Positions 8,550-19,324 of a DNA stretch of 61,575 nucleotides are shown here, one piece after another. The stretch is from Myxococcota bacterium. GTDB taxonomy: Bacteria; Myxococcota; XYA12-FULL-58-9; JABJBS01. Positions within the stretch are counted from its first letter, which is position 1. Every line of letters starts with the position of its first letter. The translations under genes were made by a program, and so were the position numbers. The notes beneath the pieces were generated by a model, which was not told the DNA's origin, ran no database searches, and worked only from the letters and a program-made list of their open reading frames with translations. The stretch covers positions 1 through 61,575 of the forward strand of contig JAYZAY010000044.1 in NCBI GenBank assembly GCA_036339465.1. Direction: 5' to 3'.

Positions 8550-11429
8550 ATGACGCAAAGTTCCCGTACAAAGAAAGATCCCTTACGCGCAACATTGAAC
8601 CTACCCAAAACCCCGTTTGGCATGAAGGCCAATCTGCTTCAAATGGAGCCTCGTTTCCAAACTCGCTGGGCAGATCAGGAAATTCAAAAAAGGCAAGCCC
8701 ACAGAGACCACCCCAGGGGTAAACTAACCCTTCACGATGGTCCTCCCTATGCCAACGGAAAAATTCACTTGGGTCATTTGCTCAACAAAGTGCTGAAGGA
8801 TTTTGTCGTCCGCTCACGAAACATGCAAGGTTACGATATCGATTGGGTCCCCGGTTGGGATTGCCATGGCCTCCCCATCGAGCACCAAGTCATGAAGAAT
8901 CTCGGCGACAAAGCTCGAGAACTCTCCACCACCCAAATTCGCTTCAAATGTCAAAAGTACGCTGAGAAATTCGTCGGGATCCAATCCGAACAGATGCAAC
9001 GGCTGGGGACCTGGGGCAATTACGAAAATCCATACCTCACCATGAAACCCGCCTACGAAGGGGCCACCCTAGAAGTCTTCTCGAAGTTGGTAGAAGAAGG
9101 GTTGGTCTACCGTGATCTCAAGCCGGTACACTGGTCTATCGCCAATCAAACCGCACTCGCAGACGCCGAGCTGGAATACGAAGACCGGGAAGATACAAGT
9201 GTTTACGTACTCTTCGAGCTGCAGAACACCGAGGCCCTACCCAGTTCTCTAAACGCTCCAAACGATGCCATTCACGTCATGATCTGGACCACCACTCCTT
9301 GGACCCTTCCCGCGAACATGGCCGTCGCCGTTTCCCCCGAAGAAACCTATGGCCTCTACCGCTGGACAAAAGACGGCAAAACCCAACTCGCAATATTGGG
9401 ACAAGCCCTGAATCAAAAAGTTTTGGCCCTCGGCAAAGCGGAAGATATTGAAGAACTCGGTACCTGTATCGGCAAGGAGCTCTATAGCGCTCAACTGGCC
9501 TACCAACACCCATTCGTGGACCGAAATGGCCGCATCTTATTGGCCGACTATGTCACCATGGAAGACGGAACCGGTCTTGTCCATACCGCCCCCGGACACG
9601 GTGAAGATGATTACCGAACGGGTCTCAAAGAAGGAATCAAAATCTATTGTCCGGTCATGGGAGACGGCACTTACGACGACACTGTTCCCGACTGGCTCGC
9701 AGGAAAAGACGTTTGGACCGCCAATGGCGAAGTAACAGAACATCTTCGGCAATCAGGTCACCTATTCTTTGACCACCCATTCATGCACAGTTACCCCCAT
9801 GACTGGCGAAGTAAAACACCCACGATTTTTCGCGCCACAGAGCAGTGGTTTATCTCCATAGATAACCCCGCCAAAACCCACGGTGTATCCCTTCGCGAAA
9901 TGGCCTTAAAAGCCTCTGATGATGGCATCAATTTCATTCCCACCTGGGGACAAAGTCGTCTTCGCGGAATGCTCGAAGCAAGACCAGACTGGTGTATTTC
10001 CCGACAACGTAGCTGGGGCTTGCCCATCCCCGCCTTTATGAAACATGGGCAACAACCACTTCTGACAGCAGCATCGGTTAACGCAGTGGCTAAAGCCGTT
10101 CGAGAGAAGGGGTCTGACCTTTGGTTTGAAGGCACCGTCGCCGAGATTCTAGCGCACTATGACGCAAGTTCTGACAGCGATGCGCCACAATGGATCAGAG
10201 AAAATCCGAAACAAGCCCTAACAGAACTGGAAAAATGCACGGATATCTTTGATGTTTGGTTTGAATCCGGTTCATCATGGAATGCTGTACTCAATGAAAG
10301 AGGCCTAGGGTATCCCGCGGAGCTTTACATCGAAGGCTCCGACCAACACCGAGGATGGTTTCAATTGTCCCTTCTTCCGGCGTTGGGAGCTACAGGCAGA
10401 CCACCATTCAAAACTCTTTTGACCCATGGTTTTATCGTCGATGCCAATGGTCGTAAAATGAGTAAGTCCATCGGAAACACCATCGACGTCGAGAAACTTC
10501 TCAGCAAATACGGCGCAGATATCTCCCGCTGGTGGGTCTTGGGCCTAAATTTCGTGAACGACATCAAAGCCGATTGGAAGTTCATTCAAACGGCGAGTGA
10601 AGAATATCGAAAAATACGAAACACCATCCGATTTCTTTTGGGAAACCTCGAAAATTTTGACGTCACCAAAGACTCCAGACCCCTCCAATCAGGGGATGAA
10701 TCAAGCATCGACTATTGGATTAAACGTGAGCTCGACCTCTGCGTCAACCAGGTCGTGGATGGCTATAAATCGTATCAATTCAGAAAGATAAGAGATGCTG
10801 TCTTTAATTTCTGTAATGATACATTGAGCGCAATCTACATGGCTGCAGTCAAAGACCGGCTCTATTGTGAAGCCCCTGATTCCGAAAAGCGACGCCGGAC
10901 TCAAACGGTGATGTTTGAAATCACCGATACCCTGCTCCGCCTCTTAGCACCCATTATTCCGCACACCGCAGACGAAGCCTTTTTGGTCCTCCATGGCCTG
11001 ACAGAAGCAAACGAGCAATCCATTCACCTCGGAACTCTTCCCGAAGAACGAGACGTGGGTCAAGCCCATGAATGGAATGAAGTTCTCACGTTGCGAAGTC
11101 AGGCACTCAAGGCATTGGAAGATGCGCGAAATGAGCGCGGCCTATCCAACCCCTTGGACGCCGGTGTTCGTATCACCGTAAAAGGTGAGGTCATCAAAGC
11201 ACTTAAGGGTTACGAAGGGGAACTAAGCGATCTTTGTGGAACCAGTCGATTCACCCTCAGTGCTGGAGAGCAATTGGAAGTTGAGATCGACGACCTCAAA
11301 GAAGAACCGCGATGCGCGCGTTCCTGGAAACGGGACGGGACTGTATCCGAACGGAACAACGGGTTACTGCTTTCCGAACGCGACTACCAAGTTGTTAAGA
11401 ACCTCGATCTATCTGGAGACGCAGTATGA
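8550..11429 (+). CDS. ileS: Isoleucine--tRNA ligase (type 1)
   Basis: [57 protein letters not shown]. Confidence 0.98.
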   Translation: MTQSSRTKKDPLRATLNLPKTPFGMKANLLQMEPRFQTRWADQEIQKRQAHRDHPRGKLTLHDGPPYANGKIHLGHLLNKVLKDFVVRSRNMQGYDIDWVPGWDCHGLPIEHQVMKNLGDKARELSTTQIRFKCQKYAEKFVGIQSEQMQRLGTWGNYENPYLTMKPAYEGATLEVFSKLVEEGLVYRDLKPVHWSIANQTALADAELEYEDREDTSVYVLFELQNTEALPSSLNAPNDAIHVMIWTTTPWTLPANMAVAVSPEETYGLYRWTKDGKTQLAILGQALNQKVLALGKAEDIEELGTCIGKELYSAQLAYQHPFVDRNGRILLADYVTMEDGTGLVHTAPGHGEDDYRTGLKEGIKIYCPVMGDGTYDDTVPDWLAGKDVWTANGEVTEHLRQSGHLFFDHPFMHSYPHDWRSKTPTIFRATEQWFISIDNPAKTHGVSLREMALKASDDGINFIPTWGQSRLRGMLEARPDWCISRQRSWGLPIPAFMKHGQQPLLTAASVNAVAKAVREKGSDLWFEGTVAEILAHYDASSDSDAPQWIRENPKQALTELEKCTDIFDVWFESGSSWNAVLNERGLGYPAELYIEGSDQHRGWFQLSLLPALGATGRPPFKTLLTHGFIVDANGRKMSKSIGNTIDVEKLLSKYGADISRWWVLGLNFVNDIKADWKFIQTASEEYRKIRNTIRFLLGNLENFDVTKDSRPLQSGDESSIDYWIKRELDLCVNQVVDGYKSYQFRKIRDAVFNFCNDTLSAIYMAAVKDRLYCEAPDSEKRRRTQTVMFEITDTLLRLLAPIIPHTADEAFLVLHGLTEANEQSIHLGTLPEERDVGQAHEWNEVLTLRSQALKALEDARNERGLSNPLDAGVRITVKGEVIKALKGYEGELSDLCGTSRFTLSAGEQLEVEIDDLKEEPRCARSWKRDGTVSERNNGLLLSERDYQVVKNLDLSGDAV

Positions 11430-13969
11430 AATACACACCGGCAGAGATAGAGCCAAAATGGCAGTCCCTTTGGGAAGAAAAGTCGGCTTTTAAAACCGAA
11501 ACAGATATCGAGAAACTAAAGGGCCGACCTAAATTCTACGCACTTGATATGTTTCCCTACCCATCAGGTGCCGGACTCCATGTGGGACACCCTGAGGGCT
11601 ATACCGCCACAGACGTCGTTTCGCGCCTGAAACGTTTGAAAGGCTTCCACGTGCTACACCCCATGGGCTGGGATGCCTTCGGGCTTCCCGCTGAACGAGC
11701 CGCGGTCCGAGAAGGGATTCACCCCGCCATCATCACCAAACGCAATGTCGATAACTTCCGGCGTCAAATTAAGCGTCTAGGTTTCAGCTACGACTGGGAA
11801 CGAGAAATAAGCACCACATCCCCAGATTATTATAAGTGGACCCAATGGATTTTCCTTAAACTCTACGAGAAAGATTTGGCATACCTAGCGGAAGTTCCCG
11901 TTAACTGGTGTCCTGCATTGGGAACGGTATTGGCCAACGAGGAAGTCAAAGACGGTAAATACGTTGAGACTGGCGACCCCGTCGAGCGACGCTCCATGAA
12001 ACAATGGATGCTTAAAATCACCGCCTATGCAGAAAAGCTCCTCGACGACCTGGATGATCTAGACTGGCCCGAACACGTTAAAGAAATGCAGCGGAACTGG
12101 ATTGGTAAATCCACCGGCGCCGAGGTCGATTTTTCAATCGAGGGCACCGACCAATCATTCACCGTTTTCACCACACGCCCAGATACACTTTTTGGAGCGA
12201 CCTACTGCGTTCTTTCTCCTGAGCACCCCTTCGTATCCCGCATCACCACAGAGCCGCAGAGGGATTTGGTCAACGCTTACGTGCTCGAAACGAAACATAA
12301 GTCAGACCTCGCAAGAACAGACTTGGCCAAAGATAAAACTGGGGTATTCACCGGGGCTTATGCCATCAACCCCGCCAATAACAAACCCACACCAATCTGG
12401 ATCGCCGACTATGTCTTAATGAGTTACGGAACCGGTGCGATTATGGCCGTTCCTGCCCATGACGAGCGGGACCACGCATTTGCTAAAACCTTCGACATCC
12501 CAATCGTGGAAGTGGTCAGAGCCAAAGACCATGACGTACAAGAAAGTGCCTTTGTCGGAGACGGAGTGCTGGTTAACTCCGGTATTCTAAACGACCTCTC
12601 TGTGCCAAAAGCCAAAGACAAAATGACCCGTTGGCTTGAAAATGCCGGCAAAGGTCGTGAGAAAGTTCAATATCGGCTCAGGGACTGGCTCTTCTCCAGG
12701 CAACGTTATTGGGGAGAACCCTTCCCACTCATCCACGGTGAAGATGGAAACGTTTACCAAATTGACGGCACTGAACTCCCCGTAGAACTGCCCCCTGTAG
12801 ACGAGTATAAGCCCAAAGAAGATGGGCAGCCTCCCCTTGCGCGAGCCGGAGAGGATTGGCTCAATGTAACACTCCCCAATGGAGTCAAGGGCCGGCGTGA
12901 AACCAATACCATGCCCCAATGGGCGGGTTCTTGCTGGTACTATCTGCGCTATATCGACCCCAGAAATGAACAAGCACCTTGGGATAAAGCACTCGAAGAC
13001 TATTGGATGCCCGTGGACCTTTATATCGGCGGCGTAGAACATGCCGTTCTTCACCTTCTTTATTCTCGATTCTGGCATAAAGTGCTTTACGATTGCGGTT
13101 TGGTCACCACCAAAGAGCCTTTCCAGAAATTGTTTAACCAAGGCATGATTCTCGCCTATAGCTATCGGGACAAGAGCGGAAAATACTATGCACCCGACCA
13201 GGTCGATGTGACCGGAACCCAACCAAAAAGTAAGGTAACCGGCGAAGAACTCGATTCAAAAATCGAAAAGATGTCGAAATCCAAACTAAACGTATTCAGT
13301 CCCGATGACGTCATCGATCAGTACGGTGCGGATGCCATGAGGCTCTATGAACTTTTCATGGGACCGCTCGAGCAGGTTAAACCGTGGCAAATGGCTGGCG
13401 TGGATGGGGTTTTGAGATTTCTTCAAAGGGTCTGGCGCCTGGGTGTGGATGAAACCACAGGAAACTTAAATGGAAAAATACAAGACGTACCCGCCAGTTC
13501 CTCCCCTGATCTACAGAAAATCCTACACCAAACCATCCAAAAGGTTGAAGAAGACAGCGAAAACCTCCGGTTTAATACCGCAATTTCGCAAATGATGGTC
13601 TTCTCTAATGAAGCGACCAGCGCCCAGATCTTGCCGAAAGAAATCCTGGCAGACTTTCTCAAAGTGCTAAGCCCCTACGCCCCCCATATTGCCGAAGAGA
13701 TTTGGCAACGATTGGGGCTTCAAGGCCTCGTCTGTCAATCCACATACCCCACAGCAGATCCAAATATCTACCAGGAAAATACAATCACAGTGGTCATCCA
13801 AATCAATGGGAAAAAACGCGCCGATTTCCAAGCCCCTGTGGAAGCAGAAAAAGCCGCACTGGAGAAAATGGCCTTGGAAACCGAGGGTATTCAGAAGTAT
13901 CTGGAAGGAAAAACAATCCGTAAGGTCATCGTCGTGCCCGGCCGCCTCGTCAACGTCGTCGCCACCTAG
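11426..13969 (+). CDS. leuS: Leucine--tRNA ligase
   Basis: MFPYPSG, HVGH, MQRNWIG, FTTRPDT, SRQRYWG, GGVEHA, KMSKS. Confidence 0.98.
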   Translation: MKYTPAEIEPKWQSLWEEKSAFKTETDIEKLKGRPKFYALDMFPYPSGAGLHVGHPEGYTATDVVSRLKRLKGFHVLHPMGWDAFGLPAERAAVREGIHPAIITKRNVDNFRRQIKRLGFSYDWEREISTTSPDYYKWTQWIFLKLYEKDLAYLAEVPVNWCPALGTVLANEEVKDGKYVETGDPVERRSMKQWMLKITAYAEKLLDDLDDLDWPEHVKEMQRNWIGKSTGAEVDFSIEGTDQSFTVFTTRPDTLFGATYCVLSPEHPFVSRITTEPQRDLVNAYVLETKHKSDLARTDLAKDKTGVFTGAYAINPANNKPTPIWIADYVLMSYGTGAIMAVPAHDERDHAFAKTFDIPIVEVVRAKDHDVQESAFVGDGVLVNSGILNDLSVPKAKDKMTRWLENAGKGREKVQYRLRDWLFSRQRYWGEPFPLIHGEDGNVYQIDGTELPVELPPVDEYKPKEDGQPPLARAGEDWLNVTLPNGVKGRRETNTMPQWAGSCWYYLRYIDPRNEQAPWDKALEDYWMPVDLYIGGVEHAVLHLLYSRFWHKVLYDCGLVTTKEPFQKLFNQGMILAYSYRDKSGKYYAPDQVDVTGTQPKSKVTGEELDSKIEKMSKSKLNVFSPDDVIDQYGADAMRLYELFMGPLEQVKPWQMAGVDGVLRFLQRVWRLGVDETTGNLNGKIQDVPASSSPDLQKILHQTIQKVEEDSENLRFNTAISQMMVFSNEATSAQILPKEILADFLKVLSPYAPHIAEEIWQRLGLQGLVCQSTYPTADPNIYQENTITVVIQINGKKRADFQAPVEAEKAALEKMALETEGIQKYLEGKTIRKVIVVPGRLVNVVAT

Positions 13970-14020
13970 ATATCCAGCAGACAGATATCCAGCAGACAGA
14001 TGTCCAGCAGACAGAAATCC
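13968..14020. repeat. 15-bp tandem repeat AGATRTCCAGCAGAC, 3 copies plus a partial
   Basis: Read directly; begins inside the leuS TAG stop and fills the gap to the convergent cyclase gene. Confidence 0.9.
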
Positions 14021-14024
14021 TGAG

Positions 14025-15767
14025 CTAGGAAAGATTAACCTGATAGCACTTCACCGGATCTACTCTGTTCTTAACCTGTAGAGGTTCCAAGCATTGAAGT
14101 CGGAATGAACCCTCGACTTTTTCAAAAGTACCCTCACCGATCACGACCCCATTATCTGGCGCCTTCCCCTCTAACCGAGAAGCCACATTGACCACGTCAC
14201 CCATCACCGTAAAATCGCGCCGTTCACTGGTTCCAACGCTTCCTGAAACAACCCTACCGCTCTGAATTCCAACCCTTATGGCCAGGGCGCCCAATCCATA
14301 AGAGGACCATTGCTCTTGAAACTCGCGCACCTTGTCAACCATATCGATCCCACACCTAACAGCCCGAGCTGCCTCATTATCTGCCGCATTTTTTGGGACA
14401 AAAATAATCATAATGCCGTCACCAACAAACTTGTCGAGAATTCCCCCACATTTTTTGACGACTTCGTACATCAGAGATTGATAGCTATTTAATGCCCCGA
14501 CAATTCTCTCCGGAGACGCCCCTTCCACCATCCGCGTAAACCCTTTAATGTCCGAAAAAATAATGGTGGCCGAAATCAATCTGGTCGGCAATGCAAGTGC
14601 ATCCTCACGTTGAGATTTAATTCCTTCCACCACCGACTCAGGCACATAGCTCCCCAATTTATCCCTTTGTAATGTTAACCATCGTTCGCGCTCCAAAGCT
14701 TGCCGAAGTTCCCCGGCAACTTCCCGCGCTTCCTCCAATAATTTCGCATTGTGAATTGCGATGGATGCATGTCGGACAAAACTGGTGAAGGTTCGTAGGT
14801 CCTTAAGATCAAAAGCCTTCTTATGGATGGGGTTCAAAACTTGAGCCACCCCCATAATCCCCGATGAAATTTCTAGGGGTACACATAGAATCGAGGTCGC
14901 TCGAAGCCCGGACTTTTCATCAAAATCAGGGTCAAAGCGAGGATCCTTATATGCATCTTCCACCACCGCAGGCTTCCCATATTCGGAGACCCAACCCACC
15001 AAACCATGCCCCGCTTTAACCATCCCCTCCGTTAATCCATCGGCATGTTCGTCACTCGTAATATAAAACCGCAACGCATCGGAATCTTCTTCTTTTAGAA
15101 TGAGGCTACTCCCCTGAGCCTGCATGATCTCGCAGCTTGTTTGCATTGTCATTCTAAGAATTTGCTTGAGTTCCAAAACGGAACCGATGCCTGTCGCCAC
15201 TTCACTTAAGGCAGAAACCCCTGTCAACCTTTGAACAAGTTCGAAACCTGTCTCGTCGACCATTCCCGATACGTCCCCATTCATTAGCATCAACCGCTCC
15301 GAGAGCCTCCTGTTCTGCTCGTTGATGGCTTCAAGTTCCCGGTTCCGTTGAGCCAACTTTTGACTCAATTCGATGTTTTCCCTGCTCATCAACCGATATT
15401 TTTGGGCCTTAGCCACACCATGAACCACCTTCGTGGCCAATTCATGGTCCTTAATAATATAATCGGAAGCCCCGAGCCTCATGGCTTCAATCACCTTGTC
15501 AAATCCCGCATAGCTGCAAACCGCTAGGATAGGCACGTCAATCCGCAAGTCCCTCAGGGCCTCAATCAATTCCAATCCATCCATTCCTGGCATAGCCAAA
15601 TCCGTAATGATGGTCGAAAAACTCGTATTTAAAGCAGCCCTAAGCCCCAAAGCCCCATGCTGGAGCGTGGAAACTTCACAGCCGGCTTTTTCCAGAGCCA
15701 CCCTCAGCAATTTACAAATGGTCAGGTCATCATCCACAATCAGGATATGTGGTTTTTCCAACGTCAT
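14025..15767 (-). CDS. Receiver-coiled coil-GAF-class III adenylate cyclase
   Basis: ILIVDDD / TDLAMPGMDG receiver; DPRF..FDEKSG GAF; FSDIKGFT, DKFVGDG, GDVVNVASRLE cyclase motifs. Confidence 0.9.
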   Translation of the reverse strand: MTLEKPHILIVDDDLTICKLLRVALEKAGCEVSTLQHGALGLRAALNTSFSTIITDLAMPGMDGLELIEALRDLRIDVPILAVCSYAGFDKVIEAMRLGASDYIIKDHELATKVVHGVAKAQKYRLMSRENIELSQKLAQRNRELEAINEQNRRLSERLMLMNGDVSGMVDETGFELVQRLTGVSALSEVATGIGSVLELKQILRMTMQTSCEIMQAQGSSLILKEEDSDALRFYITSDEHADGLTEGMVKAGHGLVGWVSEYGKPAVVEDAYKDPRFDPDFDEKSGLRATSILCVPLEISSGIMGVAQVLNPIHKKAFDLKDLRTFTSFVRHASIAIHNAKLLEEAREVAGELRQALERERWLTLQRDKLGSYVPESVVEGIKSQREDALALPTRLISATIIFSDIKGFTRMVEGASPERIVGALNSYQSLMYEVVKKCGGILDKFVGDGIMIIFVPKNAADNEAARAVRCGIDMVDKVREFQEQWSSYGLGALAIRVGIQSGRVVSGSVGTSERRDFTVMGDVVNVASRLEGKAPDNGVVIGEGTFEKVEGSFRLQCLEPLQVKNRVDPVKCYQVNLS

Positions 15768-15943
15768 CGTAAGTCCTCTCCAAGAATGTCTCTACTCGAA
15801 GCAAAATTTTGTTCGATCCCCCAACCCTTATGAGTAGGTGTACTTCCAGAAACCTTCTAGGCGCAAGCAACTCAAAATGGTCCAGAAAAATTCACCTTCA
15901 CGGTAACGGCGTCCACAACATTGATTGGCGTTCAACCTGCCAA

Positions 15944-16834
15944 TTAAACTCCAAGATCCACCGCTTCTATTTCCTGAGTCTCCATAAGACTCTTATTGTC
16001 CAACTCAATCGAAACCAAAACAGCCCGGATAGTCTCCAACGCTCGACTCCCAAAATTCGAAGTGAATTGCTTAACCCCCGCCACAGACCGCAACTGCTCC
16101 CGTAGGGGCGCCGTTAAACGGATAAATAGCTCAGAGAATTGTTGCTCTCGAAACTCCCAATGCTCGAATGAGCCGGCTTCAGGCGTTTTTTCAAAAGGAG
16201 CGAGGTGTCGATTGACAAACGAAATGTACCACGATTTACGCCGCGTATAATGCTCGAAGGGAACCAACAAAGCCACCAAGATTTCTTCGACAGCCCTCGT
16301 AACCAACTCACTTGCGACCAAGCTTCTCCAAACCGCCGGGTCTTCGAGGTCCCGGCCATTTTTCACGATGACTCGATGAACTTTATGAAAATCCCTTTGG
16401 ACATCCTCTAATAGGTCTTGCCCCACCAAAGTAAATACTGAGCGCAAAAAAACAGAGACAAAGGAACGCGGGAATCCCAATCGTCCGTCAACCCCATCCC
16501 GACCCTCCAACATATTCTCAAAGGTGCTTACCAACACACGCCCCAATAAATTCTGCCTTTCGTCCCGGTCACTCAATCTCGTTGTTCGCCAAACAAGGAA
16601 TTCTCGCAGCATGGTTTTCGTCGGCATCTGCCAAAAATCCGTGTCCTCACCCACTTCACGAAGACATGACTCAAAATCAGATGCCCGGATATTTCCTCCA
16701 TCGCCCCCCCGTCGCGAACTTAAAACACGGTCACGGAACCGCTCCAGAATGTGGGATCGCCATTGGCTGCCCAACTCCTCTAGAAATTGTTCGAGATCCT
16801 CGTCAGTCAGTCGAGCCCGCATCCGTCCATCCAA
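15944..16834 (-). CDS. Hypothetical protein
   Basis: 296-aa ORF co-oriented with the cyclase; protein-like helical composition; start uncertain. Confidence 0.7.
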   Translation of the reverse strand: MDGRMRARLTDEDLEQFLEELGSQWRSHILERFRDRVLSSRRGGDGGNIRASDFESCLREVGEDTDFWQMPTKTMLREFLVWRTTRLSDRDERQNLLGRVLVSTFENMLEGRDGVDGRLGFPRSFVSVFLRSVFTLVGQDLLEDVQRDFHKVHRVIVKNGRDLEDPAVWRSLVASELVTRAVEEILVALLVPFEHYTRRKSWYISFVNRHLAPFEKTPEAGSFEHWEFREQQFSELFIRLTAPLREQLRSVAGVKQFTSNFGSRALETIRAVLVSIELDNKSLMETQEIEAVDLGV

Positions 16835-17197
16835 GTTTCAGTTTCGTCCAGCTATCCCTGCCTACAAATATCCATTAAATTCCCTTTCTCGATAAATTTC
16901 AACTTTCGCCCAATGACAGCAGCAATGGTCATCAGAGGACGCAATCTATTGCTGCGAGCTCAGACTTCATCTTACGCCGATAAACTCGCCACAGACATCA
17001 TCCTATTAACCAAAGAGCCCCATTTATGGCCCCAAACTTGATGCCACCAATAAGGCCCATGCCAGACTGCATTGTCGTGATGGTCATCTCTCTCAAGGCA
17101 TCCCCCAATGGTTTAGGGATCCAAGGATTTCGAGCCCCCTCAAGAAAACTGTTTTAAGCAATCCACAACAACCTTCGGATTCATTTGACCTTGAGCA

Positions 17198-18565
17198 TTG
17201 AAAGCCCTAAACACACTAAATATGAATCGAGCACCCATCAGCCGCTATCGTGGTCTATCAGTGAATTCGCTGCTTATTCTCTTGAGCACCATTCACTGCA
17301 CCAACGAGTCTTCAACCGCCCCCAAAACACACTCACCTGCCCCCACAATACTACCAGCCATCCAAAACCTTACATCCCAAGCTCACGATCAATGGTTGCT
17401 TCTCGCCCACGCCCATTTCATCTATGAAACCGACGCTAAAACAGGCAAGACTTTGCCCCCAAGGCCCGGCCCCTCAAAACTGACCATCGTAAAGTTTGAG
17501 GGCGACCAAATTCAAACCGAAATCCTCCAAGATCCAGAAAGCCGGGTATTTCACAAAACCACCTGCAGTCCTAAAGCAGATGGCTCCATCCAGCTCACGA
17601 CAATTTCAGCCAGTAAAGCACAACTTAAAAAATGGCTTCCTAGCTCCAAAGGTTGGCAGGCCAATCTACTCTGGGAAGCGAGTTTCGGTGGAAAATGGGA
17701 CAGACTTCGCGATTTTGAATATGCAGACCTCGACAAAGACGGATTCGATGAAATCATCGTCGGCACCCACGACCAGGGCGTCATCGCCATCGGCAAACGA
17801 GCCAAGCAAGGCTGGAAATTTCGAGAACTGCACCGCGAGCCCGACATCTTCATTCACGAAATCGAATCCGGAGACATCGATGGCGACGGACTTCTTGAGT
17901 TCTTCGCCACGCCCTCAAGGCCGAACCGAGTCGGGCATTCCCAAGGGGGTCGGATCATCGGCTTCAACCGCAAACGGGGCGGACAATGGCATCCGTTCGA
18001 AGTTGCGAACTTTGAAAAGCGACATGCCAAAGAAATCCTCGTCACCGATATCGATGAAGACGGAAAAGACGAGATCTATGGGGCTATCGAAGCACAAAAA
18101 CAAAAAGACAGCAGCGGCACCAAGATTATCGCCCCCCTGCAAATCAAACGTTATAAATGGAGTCCCAAGGGCATTAAGGGAAAACTCATCGCGACTCTTA
18201 AGGGGGGGATTCAAGCTCGATTTATCATTGCCGGAAAATTCTCAACCCGGGATCGAAATCAACTAATCGTAACCACAATGCGAAATGGGGTCTGGTTACT
18301 CACCCCCCCAAGGAAAAGATTAACCAAGTGGCAAGTAGAGCAGCTAGACGCCGAAACCAGTGGATGGGAACACGCCGCAACCCTCGCCGATCTGGACGCA
18401 AACGGCCTCCACGAACTCTATACCACCCCCGATGATCAAGATGCTCTTTATCGCTACCATTGGACCGGCCAAAAAACGCAAAAGACAAAACTCATCGACT
18501 TGGAAAAACATGACCTCACCTGGGCCATAGAACCCTGCTTTCCCCCCTTGCCAAAGACTCAGTAA
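17198..18565 (+). CDS. Secreted FG-GAP/VCBS repeat (beta-propeller) protein, possible lipoprotein
   Basis: Repeats ADLDKDGFDE, GDIDGDGLLE, TDIDEDGKDE, ADLDANGLHE; hydrophobic N-terminal segment ending STIHC; start may be 17222. Confidence 0.8.
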   Translation: MKALNTLNMNRAPISRYRGLSVNSLLILLSTIHCTNESSTAPKTHSPAPTILPAIQNLTSQAHDQWLLLAHAHFIYETDAKTGKTLPPRPGPSKLTIVKFEGDQIQTEILQDPESRVFHKTTCSPKADGSIQLTTISASKAQLKKWLPSSKGWQANLLWEASFGGKWDRLRDFEYADLDKDGFDEIIVGTHDQGVIAIGKRAKQGWKFRELHREPDIFIHEIESGDIDGDGLLEFFATPSRPNRVGHSQGGRIIGFNRKRGGQWHPFEVANFEKRHAKEILVTDIDEDGKDEIYGAIEAQKQKDSSGTKIIAPLQIKRYKWSPKGIKGKLIATLKGGIQARFIIAGKFSTRDRNQLIVTTMRNGVWLLTPPRKRLTKWQVEQLDAETSGWEHAATLADLDANGLHELYTTPDDQDALYRYHWTGQKTQKTKLIDLEKHDLTWAIEPCFPPLPKTQ

Positions 18566-18622
18566 AACCCCATCCTGCCAGTGGGGACGAATACTCCATT
18601 CGCCCTAGGAAGGACCACAAAA

Positions 18623-19324
18623 ATGCGTGACGGCGTTGTCGCTTTACGAGGCGTAACCAAAGACTACCCTCTTGGAAAGCAAGTAGTGCATGCCCTTCGT
18701 GGTATCGATTTATCCATCGCTCAAGGAGAATTTACGGCCATTGCTGGGCCCTCCGGAAGTGGGAAAACAACCCTTCTCAACCTTATCGGGTGCGTGGATA
18801 CCCCAAGCCAAGGATCGGTGAGGGTCGACGGCCACGCCGTAGAAAGCTTAAGTGACTCACAACGCACGACATTGCGCCTCCAAACCCTCGGCTTTATCTT
18901 CCAAAGTTTCAACCTAATCCAAGTCCTCGACGTTTTTCAAAATGTGGAATTCCCACTTTTACTCCAACGAAATCATACCGCCACCGAACGAAAAAACCGA
19001 GTCAAAGAAATTATCGACGCCGTGGGGTTGAGTCCACAAATTAGGCAACGTCCCAACGAACTGTCGGGTGGCCAAAGACAACGGGTCGCCGTCGCTCGAG
19101 CCCTCGTCACCCAACCCAAGATCGTCATGGCCGATGAGCCCACCGCCAACCTAGATTCCGCCACGGGACAAACCATTATCGACCTTATGCGCGATCTGAA
19201 TGCCCGCGAAAAAACCACCTTCATCTTTTCTACCCACGATCCCCAGGTGATGGAAAATGCGAGCCGAGTTATCCATCTTCACGATGGCATCATTCCCGAA
19301 AAACAGCCTGGGGCCAACCATTGA
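18623..19324 (+). CDS. ABC transporter ATP-binding protein (LolD/MacB-like)
   Basis: GPSGSGKT, LSGGQRQR, ADEPT, THD; GFIFQSFNL. Confidence 0.95.
   Translation: MRDGVVALRGVTKDYPLGKQVVHALRGIDLSIAQGEFTAIAGPSGSGKTTLLNLIGCVDTPSQGSVRVDGHAVESLSDSQRTTLRLQTLGFIFQSFNLIQVLDVFQNVEFPLLLQRNHTATERKNRVKEIIDAVGLSPQIRQRPNELSGGQRQRVAVARALVTQPKIVMADEPTANLDSATGQTIIDLMRDLNAREKTTFIFSTHDPQVMENASRVIHLHDGIIPEKQPGANH

Noticed and set aside
13689..14081. ORF with repeated RYPAD peptides
   Set aside because: Out-of-frame overlap of leuS; the peptide repeat merely reflects the 15-bp DNA repeat.
17496..18266. 256-aa alternative-frame ORF inside the FG-GAP gene
   Set aside because: Ser/Thr/Lys-rich shadow frame typical of biased codon usage; no motifs.
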